Under the pieces are notes generated by a model. It made no database searches. It had not been told where the DNA came from and saw nothing but the letters and a program-made list of their open reading frames with translations. A stretch of 64,000 nt of DNA from Somniosus microcephalus (lineage: Eukaryota): contig CM126230.1 in the NCBI GenBank assembly GCA_052327205.1, positions 43,896,001-43,960,000 of the forward strand, in the 5' to 3' direction. A program made the position numbers and the translations under genes. Shown here piece after piece: positions 37,275 to 50,292 of this stretch. Numbering within the stretch: position 1 is the stretch's first letter; each line of letters begins with the position of its first letter.

Positions 37275-39907
37275 TTCCAGGTAACATTGTTGAGCAGCTG
37301 TTGTGCCAAGTCACAGAGTTTGTTCATCAGCTATATGATGGAAATCCGCTTTCATTGTGATGGAAGGAACTACACAGGACAGCATGCTAGCCACTGATGT
37401 TCCAGATGTCCACAGTCAAGTACCAGGCTTATTCATCAATTGCTTAATCTAGGCCCTTGTGCGAGGGGCTTTCACACAGATATGCCCGCTGCTTTCCCCG
37501 TCTGGTGCTACTTGGCTGAATGAGAGAGAAGCACCTGCCATAGTAATTGTCCACCACTAGATGGTGCATGTGCCCTTTGCTGTGAATCATCTACTAAACG
37601 CCACTTTTGCGGCTGTGGATAACTGGCTGGCAAACACAACTGAAGTAACACACAGATTAAACACCAGCTAACGCAGCATCCAGGGGACTGGGCAAAGGTG
37701 GATGACTTAGCAAGGTAGTCATGTCACCAGATCTGGGGTCAGCTGTGGCGTATCAGGAGGATTAACTGTCACTGATGTGGCTGCATACAAAAACAGAACA
37801 CAAAATACCGTTTAAAAAGAAAAGAAATTGGAAAGAGAATTGTTATAGTCAAGTCTAAGTTTCAGTACCTGGGAGAATGTGTCTAATTCAAGCGAAACTA
37901 GTGGGGAGCTACACTGCAGCTGGTAAAGGGACACAAATGGAGGGGAAGAGTGTATTTTTCAGAAACTTGAAAAATACACTCCCCATCCTGTGTGCGCACA
38001 GGGAGCAGCAGTAGTGCCGGGTGGAGCAGTTGCTGCAGCATTGTGTCAGTGCAGCCACGTTACAACCGATTGTTCTGCTGATCCTATGCACGGAGGCTTC
38101 ATTTAAATACCTTTCCTGTTAATATGGCAAGCAATTTAAAGTTCAAAATGGGAGTTGGGGACAGAACAAGTGGTCAACTTCCTGACAACAGGATGGTTAA
38201 GTTTGTACACATAAAAACAGGACTACAGGAAGCAGTCGACTGGGCGGGTGATCGGCCCACACGTTTCCACCGTGCTGCACTCCAAACTGAAAACCCAGTT
38301 GGTTTTAAGATTCTTGCAGATAAGCTGTGAACAGTTAGCTGCTTAAATTAAGTGCTCAGCTACGGCAATGGCTTGTGTTCACATCATTAGTGGCCGCTTT
38401 GTTTCAGCTTGCACCTCTAGGTGGACCCGCTGACCACGTCCTTATACAAGAGACTCCGCGGCACTCGATGCATCAGTGAAAGCTGAGAATTTGTGGTTCT
38501 GTGGAAATCTTTGTTTAAAAAAAGTAAGTGTGTGTGTGTGTTGGGAAGAGAGAGATTAAAAACACAATCAGGAGTAGTTGCTGTGCCAGAAGAGTAATTT
38601 TATCAGCTCATCGAAGTGAACAGGCCTTAAAGATCCTATTACAGAATGTACGAGATGCTTAACTGAACTCAATCCATGGGGGTGTCCCTGGCAGCTATTG
38701 GTCATGAGTTTGTACAGTTGCAGCCGAGTCCACTGTAAGACTGTTACAAAGAGAACGTCAGAATCACTTACTGCAACAAATATCAGAGCAAGTCGCAAGA
38801 ACATTTGCTAACTGCAAGGACGGGCGAGTGGTGACAGCGCATCAGAATGTTGCTCTTTCAGCACTTGCACCCGGGTTAAAATCAATTCAGAACCTTCTGC
38901 TCCCTCTTAATACTAAGTGGGTTTGGGTCATCTCAATCCAATTCCCAATTAACATGGGTAACAGCACAAAACAGCCCATAACTGGACAACCTCACTGGGA
39001 ATATACTTGCTGTGGGGATGAGGAAATGTTGCACTGGTGCGTAAAGAGTAATCTTCCAAAGTTCAGGTTAAAGTACACTACATTTACCAAGACGGCACAT
39101 TGCTCTGGACTTTACCCAGAAGGTACCAGACCCAAGAGTGCTCAGTGCAGACAGTGAATTCAAAGAACAAATAATCCACTCCCGGAGGAGCCACCACATG
39201 CCTCAGTGCTTCTAAACACCAATTTTCCAGCCAATCAGGAGACAGAGCATCACAGTTTGATGTGGTTGAATCGACCAGGTTACATTTGAATAATTTCATC
39301 AGGTTGCATTTAACAAGTACGAAGCATTGCCGAGATGTCAGTAGCTGCTAATTATAAGCTGCATTGTCACCAGGAGTGCAAGAGTTAAATGTACACTTAC
39401 CATCCCGGAGAACACTGTCCTTTAGCTGCAAAGGTGACCTCAATGCAACAGAATAAACATCCCTTCAATAGCTCCAGCTGGACAAAATGGTAGCCAAGAT
39501 ATTGAGCCCATCACATCTGACACTACAACGCTCAACTTGAAAATGGGCAGATTGCACAGCTACAGCTCAGTACAAATTAGCAGCCGGAGTAAAGCTACTA
39601 TGAATTGTTTAAAAGAAAATGGGTGGAGAAGTGTTGGAATCCTATTAACAATTCAACCACCAAAACCCAATTAACATGCAAGTTAATTGCAATGGAGTCC
39701 AACTCTCTTACGGCCATTAATATAATTAAACAGCATTATAAACTTTTTTTTTTTTTTATAAAAAGAGATGTTTCATGACAAGTTCTGCAACAAATATTTA
39801 AAACAACAAAAAACTGCTTCGCTATGTCTAACGATTTGGGACTTTCTCTTGGATCGATGTATTTTAGTGCTGGCACTCATTGCTCTTCCAGCCCATATAT
39901 TGGAAGG

Positions 39908-40315
39908 TCATAAGAAAATAACAAATAGGAGCAGGAGTCGGCCAATCGGCCCTTCGAGCCTGCTTCGCCATTCAATAAGATCATGGCTGATCTTCAACTC
40001 ACCTCCACCTTCCCACCCTATCCACATATCCCTCGATTCCCTAAATATCCAAAAATCTATCGATCTCTGCCTTGAATATACTCAACGACTGAGCCTCCAC
40101 AGCCCTCTGGGGTAGAGAATTCCAAAGATTCACCACCGAGTGAAGAAATTTCTCCTCATCTCAGTCCTAAATGGCCGACCCCTTATTCTGAGACTGTGAC
40201 CCCTGGTTCTAGACTCCCCAGCCAGGGGAAACAGCCTCTCAGCGTCTACTCTGTGAAGCCCCTTAAGAAGTTTGTATGTTTCAATGAGATCACCTCTCAG
40301 TTTTCTAAACTCTAG
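39908..40315 (-). mobile_element. CR1 LINE 3' fragment
   Basis: LRGDLIETYK..ESRTRGHSLRIRGRPFRTEMRRNFF; 3' UTR like the 22619 copy. Confidence 0.9.
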
Positions 40316-40948
40316 GGTCATCTAAAGTCAGCTTCAGGAGGTAACTGAGAGACAATCACCTCCGGCATTGACCAACCTGTAGAAGTCAATGTATTATTAC
40401 AACAGGCTGGATACAGTCATCAGGTCTCAGAATACAACTCACGTGAAAGTCAATTAGGACAGAAAATTGCAGTTATTCTTTTTTAAAAAGTGGTAAAGTC
40501 TAATACAAGTTACTAAAAATTGGAAGGGGTGAAATGGAAGGATTTTTACTGCTGATTCAACTCAACTGATAAGCAGAAACTCTTGAGCAAATGTGTCAAT
40601 CATCCACTGCTGAACATGTCACACCACCCAGGGAAGACACACACTGCTCTTCCTTTTTTTTTAAAATTAGGAAGATAAACATGTTCATGCAGAAGTTATT
40701 TCACCAATATAATGATGCTCAAGACCATCAGGAACAGTTTCAACATCTTGTTTTATGCATTTTCAAAATAATAATGAAATACTTTTTTTAAACAAACTTT
40801 TAACTTATGTTCATATGTTAAATGGAGAAAGAAGAAAAAGCTATTCGTCATGACATTATATGCAAGTGTGACACGGTGCAATTTCAATACAATTACCATC
40901 CATCAGAAAAAACACCATTCAGCATTAGGATATAAAAGGTTTTCTTAC

Positions 40949-41082
40949 TGAAATTCTGCTGCATATTCACCCAGCTCTTGGAGGCTGCAGACGATTCCTG
41001 TTGTAAGGCACTGCTGCTCTTGGACTTGGGAACAGTTTTCCACGAAGGACCAGAACTGACTGGTTTCTTAGCATTGGTTTCC
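40949..41082 (-). CDS. USP54: USP54 exon: ETNAKKPVSSGPSWKTVPKSKSSSALQQESSAASKSWVNMQQNF
   Basis: Read manually; aag|G ... A|gtaaga, 134 nt, phase 2-1; PSW..PKS.SSS motif conserved. Confidence 0.88.
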
Positions 41083-41857
41083 CTTTAAAAAGAGCAGGAC
41101 ACACAGAGCCTCAGAGAAATCGACATTTACTGCAAGGCACCGGAGTGCCCACTGAGACTGACAGATTATATCAATTCCCACAGGTATATTGGAGGAAAGT
41201 CCAAAGGGAAATTAACTGAGGTAGACAGGGATGTCATCTCGCAATGAAGGATGGATTGCAGGCATAAAGAGGAGTTTGCAGTATTTTTATGATAATCGCT
41301 GTTGTGTCTATCATGTATTTAGTTTGCACATCTGGAGCAATGTTTATAATTGATATCAAATTAATTAAATGGTTTGTAGACAAACACACACTAACCAAAA
41401 TTATCTGCTTTTGCCAATATATTTACTGCAGAAAATAAAAAATAAATTGTACTTCAATCCTAACTGCCAGTCAAAGAATAAATGTACGTTAGTACAGCAA
41501 GAATCCCATGGTGCTGTTACCATTGTTTCTGCTACTACTGAACATATAGCCCACACTGGATAGGGCGGAGGCGAGGCAAGGCGGAGCGGATTGGGCGGTG
41601 GATTGGGCTGTGGCGAGGCGGATTGGGCGGTACACTACACTCGGTCAAGCTCACTGGATTTCATTTTCATTTCCCCCTTAAAAATATTGATATTGGAAAA
41701 AATATATACACTAGAAACTTTGAAAGTTACTTGGTACAAATGGAGGCAATTCTTGAACTTTCATGTATCTGACATACAATATAAAGCAAAATTAAATTCA
41801 TGACTCCCTGCTCTGACAGCGAGTAAGAAATGCTAAGTAATCAGACAACTAATTTAC

Positions 41858-42548
41858 CTGAAAGGATTGGCACTGGAGTTGTGCACTCCACCTGGTATCC
41901 CATCAGTAACCGAAGTATCCAAACTGACTGGACTGTTGCTGTTGCGCTCACTGCTCTCGTAGCCAGACTCCATTCTCTGAATAAAACGTTCACTTTCTCC
42001 CAGACTGTGGACCCCCGTTTGTTGCATACTTTTACCAGGATACCCAGCCTTCTCGTATCTGTCATTATTTATCTGTACGCCTTTTCCTTCATTCTTTGTA
42101 TTGTCTAGTGTCAAAGGAGCACCTCCAACACCTACTGAACTCTCAGCCTTATTGTGGTTCAAATCTTTAATGCCATCCTCAGTCGTCGTATTCATCTGTG
42201 TGTAACATGCAATTCTCCTTTTCTCTTTCGTGAAAATACTGTCAATATTGAGGACCTCCCGTTTGGGTTTCCACAAGTAGGTCTTTGACCTGCTCGATGA
42301 GCTCGATTTAGATTCACTGCTGGTGCTTTCTATTTCCCAGTCTCGTGCCCGGCCACCTGACATTCGGAAGCTGCTATTATCTACAGGGTCCACCACCTTG
42401 GCTGGAATGGGTTTGTTGTTACTCTGGTCTTGGTTATGTAAAGGTCGGTTATGAATAATGTTGCTCATCGTTTCTCTGAAGTCCTTTAATCTACTAGTAG
42501 CAGGTTTCGGTCCAGTTCTCGGGGCTTGTTTCTCTTTCAACGTTTCGC
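41858..42548 (-). CDS. USP54: USP54 exon: (G)ETLKEKQAPR...RMESGYESSERNSNSPVSLD...SANPF(R)
   Basis: tag|GC ... AG|gtaaat, 691 nt, phase 1-2; ORF 41854..42621. Confidence 0.95.
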
Positions 42549-42714
42549 CTACAATTTCGGACATGAAAGATACAAAGACTAAAGTGTGCACAAGAGCAGC
42601 AACTCCACTATTCACGAGCACCCATCACCCTTCACCGCCGCACCCGTACCAACCTGCACTTCCAAGTTCATGGCACTTTCACAACAGGGGCGCTAGATAA
42701 ATTCCTTTCCTCAC

Positions 42715-42870
42715 CTTCACTGTGATAACCACAGGACGGAACTTCCTCCAATTTCTCCGGTTTCCCTCGATTATCAGGGCGCCTAGGTCGGCTGGAACTC
42801 CGCCGTCTATCCACAGAAATCCCTTTTTTGAAAGGAGGCCGTTGGTTAGATTCACTGTCTGTATGATGCC
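42715..42870 (-). CDS. USP54: USP54 exon: (G)HHTDSESNQRPPFKKG...EEVPSCGYHSE(G)
   Basis: Read manually; cag|GG ... G|gtgagg, 156 nt, phase 1-1; matches HLTDSECNQ...GYHSEG of the human protein. Confidence 0.92.
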
Positions 42871-43403
42871 CTGGGACAAAATATCAATTTCTTAAGATAA
42901 AATGAATAATTTTAAAAAGAAAAGAATGGCAGAGCCAACTAAATGGATTGCCCCACCTCCAACTCACTGGCGGACAGTGCTGTCAATACTCACTGCGATA
43001 TCACCTGTGATTCATGGTACAGGGTATTAACACTCATGTCATTATCAAACAAACTCTCCCAACCAGTAAATTTGGTTTTGGGAGTATGAGTGTGTCCACA
43101 AACACAAACCTTTTCAAAAGCTCTGCTGGACAATATGAAGTGCCACTCTGTGTGAAGGAAATGTTTCTAACCTCCCCTTCCCATCTGTGTCCTGATCTTA
43201 CATGTGCCCTCTCATCAAGCAGTGGAAACAATATCACTATTTACATCATAAGCCCTCCATCAAGTCACTGCTTAACCTTCCAACTCTAATGAAAACATCC
43301 CAAGCTTCTCAAGTCACATTGCATTTGTGCACTAAATGCCAATACATGGGCAATTTCTTTCTTGGAAACAAAGGCCCTTAAAGTAAAATTGTGTATGCAT
43401 CAG

Positions 43404-43441
<38 letters not shown>

Positions 43442-43499
43442 GGACAGTCAGCCAGATGTTCAATATGCAATGAAACCCGCCACCAGGGCCGAGTGTCCA

Positions 43500-44390
43500 A
43501 CCCAAGCTACTGAGAGATCCCCACAGTCTCCCAATCCATGCCCATCTCCACTGCAAGTCCTTGTCTGAACCTCTCCAATCAGGTTTCCACCCCGACCACA
43601 GCACTAAAACAGCCCTAACCATCGCCACAAATATACACGACCCTGCCTTGCCCTTTCTGTACTCTTACTGCAGACATGGGTCCGTTACACGTCCCTCCTT
43701 TAAGGCTTCTCCTCTGTAGTCCAGCTCAGTGGAATTGCCCTTGCTTGGTTCCACTCTTAGACGATTGTAGCCAGAACATCTCCAGCAATAGTTTCCCTTC
43801 CTGTCCCTGCACTGTGATCCTCCCCAGAGTTCCCCAATGATCTATCCTTGACCTCTTCCTCTCCTACATGGTGCCCCTTGATGACATCATCTGCAGACAT
43901 AGGATCAGCTTACACATGTGTGCTGATGACGCCCAGTTCTACCTTTCCATCACTTCTGTCACCCTCTCCATGGCCCGTGTGCTTGACCAATATCCAGTCT
44001 TGGATGAGCCACAATATTTTTCAGTTAAAAACATTGGTAAGACTGGAGCCATCGTCTTCAGCCCCCACCACAAACTTTAGCTATGCCGCTGATTCCAGCC
44101 CCCCCCTCTGGCTGAACCAGACAGTCACAACCTCGTTGTCCTGTTCAACCCCGAGCTGAGCTTCCCACCCAATACCCTCGTCAATACAAAGACTATGTAC
44201 TTCCACATCCGGAGTTCCTGTACTAAACCCCGCCACCTCCCTTTCCTCTTTTAAGACCCTCCCTAAATGCTTTTGGTTGCCCATCCCAATATCTAGTTCT
44301 TTGGCTTGGCATCCATTTTTTTTTATTATGCCTCAAAGTGCATTGGATGTTTTTCTACGTTGAAGGCACTGTATAAATCCAAGTAGATGT
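43500..44390 (+). mobile_element. Degenerate L2-type LINE fragment
   Basis: HMCADDAQFY, QSGF..HSTKTAL remnants; 3' tail like that of the 5210-6142 copy. Confidence 0.8.
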
Positions 44391-45313
44391 TTTGAGAAAT
44401 CCACACTGATCGGGTTTCTGTTTGCCCATTTTGAATACGTACTCCTCGCAGTGATACACCAGACGGACTTAACTCCAGAGCGCGTAGGCAAGAACCAGAG
44501 CTCAGGGACCACAAGTGTGTGCAGAGGTGCTGCTGGAATATACAAAGTGCAATACAAAGCACTGGCAAGTTTTCCATTGCTTGTCCAGCCATGACCACCC
44601 AGCAACTGGGCATTAGCTTGCTGGCTTACCTGGAGCCTCGTCAGAAGAATCCCACTTCCCAATGACAGGTCTACCCCACCCCAGTCCCTTTGACCTGCAA
44701 GGTTGGCTGGTTAATCATCAGCAGTGACCATAACATAGCAAGCAGTGACCCAGGTAAGCAGCAGCAAAACTTCTGCAAGTGAAATACAGCTGGCTGCAGA
44801 ACAGGCAACTGTCATGGCAACCACTTGTTAAAGAGACCGAGGAGTTCTCCAGGCACCGTGTACATTATTTCAGCTGATTCGACTGTTTTAATTCCAAGTG
44901 GCAGGTCAATATATTAGATAAAGGAGCACGCCTACTCCATACGACAGCACATCAAAAGCCTACACGAGCTGATGAATCTGAACCCATGCATCATAAGTAA
45001 AACAAAAAGGAATCTACAAGGTTTAATTCCTTCAACAGGACTTGTACTCTCAAAATATTACTTAGCGATATTTTCGAAGGTTCTAACAAAACACGTACTC
45101 TTAATGGCTCATGCATTGGGTTGAAAATTTGAGAATTTATTCAATTTCTTTCAGATTTTATTACACTTCAATTCGCTGGATCCACTGTAAAATTTCTTCT
45201 CCTAAAATGACAATCCTTTATTGTCTTAATTTAATCCATTTTGCCAGGATCTGTTCTGCCAGAGATTGATTTTCTATTCTTAGGGCTACGCATCATTTCT
45301 CAACTTATAGTAC

Positions 45314-45484
45314 CTGTGTCCCTGCTGCTTTGAGAGGCTGTATCATTCTCCAGGTTATAAATCACTGTACCCTGGGAGTCGGAAGAGAAATGGCTGACCA
45401 TAGACTCCTGATGGCTGTGTTTGTAATGGTAGCTCTCATTAGAAGAATCTGTCCTGCTGTCACTCGCTATAGATGGCTCTCTTC
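45314..45484 (-). CDS. USP54: USP54 exon: (G)[56 protein letters not shown](G)
   Basis: cag|GA ... G|gtacta, 171 nt, phase 1-1. Confidence 0.94.
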
Positions 45485-46439
45485 CTGCAGAAAGACAAGC
45501 CATAAAAACAGGAGTCAGTAAGACTATCCAGGGCACACAATATATTCCAGACAGTTATACCTGCCATCTAAATTGGTTTTGCCGCGCACCAGTTCTGGCG
45601 AACTCTTTTAAAGGAGTGCAATCCGGCGGAGGAAACAGAAGCCTTTTCATGTTAGAACAGTCAGGCCCCCATGAATCAATTCTTAATCTACACAAGCCTT
45701 TCAAACTCAGCAACTTTCAAGGGGAAATAGCTTCAAAAACATCATTTCTACATGGTCACCTTTATCAGTTAATTTAAGAAAAACAGGAAATCCAAGTATT
45801 GTGCTTAGCAAGTAAACACTCCATACAGACTTCTCCCCAAACTTCAGTTTACATCATATCTAAACAAACTTAAATCATTAATGAGAGAGTTTCGTCAGCA
45901 CCCTTTTCCAAGAGGAAAAAGTAAATTCAACATCGAATTGTAATGAAATGTTTGTGTGCGTTGGTTGTGAATATGTTGGCTTGAACTGCGATTGTAGAGG
46001 ACATCTGCAGGGGAACTAATGAGCAGAAGCTAGAGCTAGCAACTAACAACTCCGCCACCACCCCCCAACTCATATTCTCACCCCTTTCTCCCCTACAGCC
46101 CCAACGGTCCAACTCCTGCTCAGGTGCGATTCCGCAGGCACCAGCTACCCTCTGGTACCTTGGGATGTATCGCTTCGAAGCCAGTCCCTCATTCTTATTT
46201 CAGCTTGGACAGTTAGTGTCGCGATCAAGCCTGATTCTGCCATCAGCTAGTGTGCACAGCACCATTCCTGGATCACAGCCAAGAGCCCACGGCCAAGTGG
46301 AGCACCCAACCACCCTGGCTGAGATCTGTTAACAGACCAGATTGGGGATCATCCTCGCCCGTGCATCTCAGTAACAGACTGGGCAGTGCATTTACCAACT
46401 TTGATTTCTAATGTTTTCTACTGATGGATTTGTTTTTGT

Positions 46440-46666
46440 GGGCTGTCATCCTACTGAACTCCACAAATAAACACTAAAGCCTGCACACCTGCCGATGCAC
46501 TTTATTATGGTCATATTTATGCTAATATATATGTACAAATGTATGTTGAAATGTTTAAGTGTCCTAATCCAAATTGTACACTCTCGGGAGCCGCAAGCCT
46601 ACATTTCGTTGTACTGCACTTGTGCACTAACAATGACAATAAAAGTTGATTTGATTTGATTTGATT
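46440..46666 (+). mobile_element. Rex1/Babar-like non-LTR 3' end
   Basis: ORF-end remnant AVILLNS, then ATTTCGTTGTAC...ACAATGACAATAAA and a (TTGAT)n tail. Confidence 0.6.
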
Positions 46667-46989
46667 CTAACCCTTTCTACTTTTCGGACCACAAACTAGC
46701 AGATGATCTGCTCTTATGATCCCACCGATGGCATTCTGAACAACCTTCAAAAAGCATGAGAAAGTTCAGGGACTTCATACATCTCTAAGAAAGGGGTTCT
46801 CATGTGAAGACTGCTTTCATCCTCACCAGCGATGTCCAATTTTCCCCAAGAGCAAATATGAAAACATGAGTAACAGTCTCTACAGGCTGATGGTGAGCAT
46901 TTGGAAAAACTGGCCATTTTCACAAGGGATACAAATCAATTTCAAAACACAAAAGCAGCATGAATACTTCAGTGGTAAAAAATAATTCT

Positions 46990-48670
46990 CAGGATGTAGG
47001 CATCATTGGCAAGGCCAGAATTTATTGCCCATCCCTAGTTGCCCCTGAGAAAGTGGTGATGGGCCTTCTTCTTGAACTGCTACAGTTCCGGTGACGAAGG
47101 TGCTTCCACAATGCTGTTAGATAGGGAGTCCCAAGGAGGGATGGCATGAGACTTGGAGGTGGTGGTGTTTCCCATGCGCCTGCTGCCCTTGTCCTTCTAG
47201 GTGGTAGAGGTCGAGGGTTTGGGAGTTGCTGCCGAAGGTGCTTTGGTAAGTTGCTGTAGTGCATCCTGTAGATAGTACACACTACAGCCATGGTACACCA
47301 ATGGTGGAGGGAGTAGATGGTTAAGCTGGTGGATGGGGTGCCGATTAAACAAACTGGATGGTGTCGAACTTCTCAAATGTTGTTGCAACTGCTTCCACCC
47401 AGGCAAGGAGAGTATTCAATCACACTCCTGACTTGTGCTTTGTAGGTGGTAGAGGCGCATTGGGGAGTCAATAAATGAGCCACTCGCCACAGAGTACTCA
47501 GCCTCTGACATACTCTTGTAGCCATGGCATATATAGCTGGTCCAGTTGAGTTTCTGGTCAATGGTAACCCCCCAGGATGTTGACAGTGGGGGACTCGGCA
47601 ATGCTAATGCCACTGACTGTCAAGAGGAGGTGATTATGCTCTCCCATTAGTGGTGTTCTTTGCCTGACACCTGAGGGGCGCGAATGTTACTTGCCACTTA
47701 TCAGTCCAAGCCTGGATGTTGTTCAGGTCGTGCTACATACAGGCATGGACTACTTCATTATCTGAGGAACTGAACACTGTAATCATTATTTGAACATCCC
47801 CACTTTTGACCTTATGTTGGAGGGAAGGTCATTGATGAAGCAGCTGAAGATGGTTGGGCCTAGGACGCTGCCCTGAGGAAATCCTGCAGCGTCATCCGGG
47901 AGCCAAGGTGATTGACCTCCAACAACGACAACCATTTTCCTTTGAATCAGGTATGACTCCAGCCACTGGTAATTTTCCCCACTAAGCCCCATTGACTTCA
48001 GTTTTGCTAGGGCTCCTGGGTGCCACGCTCAGTCAAATGCTGCCTTGATGTCAAGGGCAGTCACTCTCTCCTCACCTTTGGAATTCACCTCTTGTGTTTG
48101 GATCAAAGCTGTAATGAGGTCTGGAACAGAGTGGTCCTGACGGAACCCAAACAGAGCATTGGTGAGCAGGTTTTTGGTGAGTAAGTGCCGCTTGATAGCA
48201 CTGTCGACGTATCCCTTCCATCACGTTGCTGATGATTGGGAGTAGGCTAATGGGGCGGTAATTGGCTTTTTATGGGCATGACATAGCTGGGCAATTTTCC
48301 ATATTGTCGGTTCGATGCCAATGTTGTAGCTGTACTGGAACAGCTTGGCTAAAGGCTAGTTCTGGAGCACAGGTCTTCAGCACTACAACCTGGATATTGT
48401 CAGTACCTGTAGCACTTCACCGAATTGGCTGAAGACTGGCATCTGTGATGGTGGGGACCTCAGGAGGAGGCCGAGAAGGATCATCCTCTCAGCACTTCTG
48501 GCTGGGGATGGTGGCAAACACTTCAGCCTTGTCTTTTGCAATCACATGCTGGGCTCCTCCAGCACTGAGGTTGGGGATGTTCAGGGAGCCTACTCTGCCA
48601 ATTAGTTGGGTAATTGCCCACCACCATTCGCGACTTGATGTGGCAGGACAGCAGAGCTTTGACCTGATTA
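46990..48670 (-). mobile_element. CR1-clade LINE (second family), degenerate RT and 3' end
   Basis: GFPQGSVLGPTIFSCFINDLP, GVTIDQKLNWTS, YKAQVRSVIEYSP in ORFs; 3' end shared with 4790-5150. Confidence 0.88.
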
Positions 48671-49150
48671 AAATATGTGGAAGCCTTTAAACGGAGCCTT
48701 TATAATGTAACATTTTGTGCCAAGAAATTAACTGGCTAAGGATCGAAGATTTTAAAGCAAGAAGTAAATCATGCAAGACATGACTTTCATCCTGTAATTC
48801 CCCCACATAGCAGCTTTCCAATCACATCCTAGATGCTGCAGGAGACAACAAGGGACAGTCACGTCCTCACAAAGGAAGAACTTGTATTCATTCCTGATTA
48901 CTCCTACAAAGTTCCAAGACACAATTATCTCATCGGAAATGCTAGCGGAGGCCTGACAGCAGACTGCCTGCTGGCCTAGGAGGAACACTGCGTGGTATTG
49001 GCATTGGTGAGTGGGGGAAGAATGCAAAATATAAAGTTTAAGAAAAAAACTGGAACTTGTGCAATTCTTCTGGGGTAAAATGAGGCACTCGGAGTCCTTT
49101 CCTCGCTAGAGATATTTTAATCACCCATGAATAATTAAAGTCATAATTAC

Positions 49151-49316
49151 CTGAATCTTCACTGTCATAACAGGTTCTGCTGTACTGATGGCCATCTGCT
49201 AGGGGCAGATCCTGTACAGACACAGGAGTGCCTCTTGGATCTGCATACAAAAGTAGTAACGGCTGATAGTGGCTTTTAATGCATCTGGTCACTACGTCCT
49301 TCCATTTGGGTCCAAT
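49151..49316 (-). CDS. USP54: USP54 exon: [55 protein letters not shown](G)
   Basis: tag|ATT ... G|gtaatt, 166 nt, phase 0-1. Confidence 0.95.
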
Positions 49317-50142
49317 CTAAATCGAAAATAGGAAGAGTTGTGACACTGTACTTATTACTGTACAACTTCAACTGCCTCATCAGCACTGAAACTGTTTCAA
49401 TGTTTTTAAACTAGCATTCACAATACAAATAAGCCTAAAAACATGGCCTTCATAAAAGGTCAATTGTACTTAGTCTTGTTATATGCTAACTTATTAGTAG
49501 CTGTGTGGGGTAAGGAAACTGGTGCGATTTACTCCTTGCAACAGTAGCAAACATAATGCATTCATTTGTTTACGTTGAGATCTGAGTGCAGAGATTATTT
49601 ATAAAGGGGAGCAGGGAGCAACACTCCTTATTTGGCAATCTAAGCTGCGAATTGAATGTAGAGGTGAAGTGGAGAGTGCAAAGGTCACTAATACACCATA
49701 AGAAAGGCTGCAACGCCACAGGTAGACTTAGATCACGTCGCCCCTCTCTTCCAACAGTGATGCAGCTCTGAATTAAACGTTGTTACTCTCAGATGGAATT
49801 ACTGAGAGGAGGAACTGTCCTGACCTTACCACACTTAAAAACTGTGCACTCCTTTTACTGAGAAGCAGCTTCAGAGTGTGGGGGAGGCTGCCTCCCAGCA
49901 GGATTCATTCAGACATAACTGTCAGAGTATACAGTTCAAAACACCATTCTAAACCATGTGCAGGGGAAGCAAAGACATGAGCTAAGCATAAGACAGCTGA
50001 AGAAGAGGCTGTCACAGTTACTTTATTCATGTACTGTGGTTATTGCCGACCCTGAGGCAATCAGCAACACAAAAGGCCAGTAATAATCATGACTCTCTGA
50101 CTAAATTACATCAATGACGCATTTTAGGTAAAGAACTCCTAC

Positions 50143-50292
50143 CTCTTTCACATGGGCATCATCAAAATACATCCATTTGCGAATTTTTGTTTGGAAAAAG
50201 AAGGTAGAATAGTGTTTACCATAGTAACACACCATCCCCACCAAATAGAGCTCTGTGTGTTTAGCTTTGTCATCTGTCACCCGATAGAATAG
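50143..50292 (-). CDS. USP54: USP54 exon with His/Asp catalytic box: [50 protein letters not shown]
   Basis: cag|CTA ... GAG|gtagga, 150 nt; ORF 50101..50316. Confidence 0.96.

Noticed and set aside
39401-39477. Strong donor (ATG|GTAAGT) with an upstream acceptor
   Set aside because: 77 nt, frame-incompatible, no homology to USP54.
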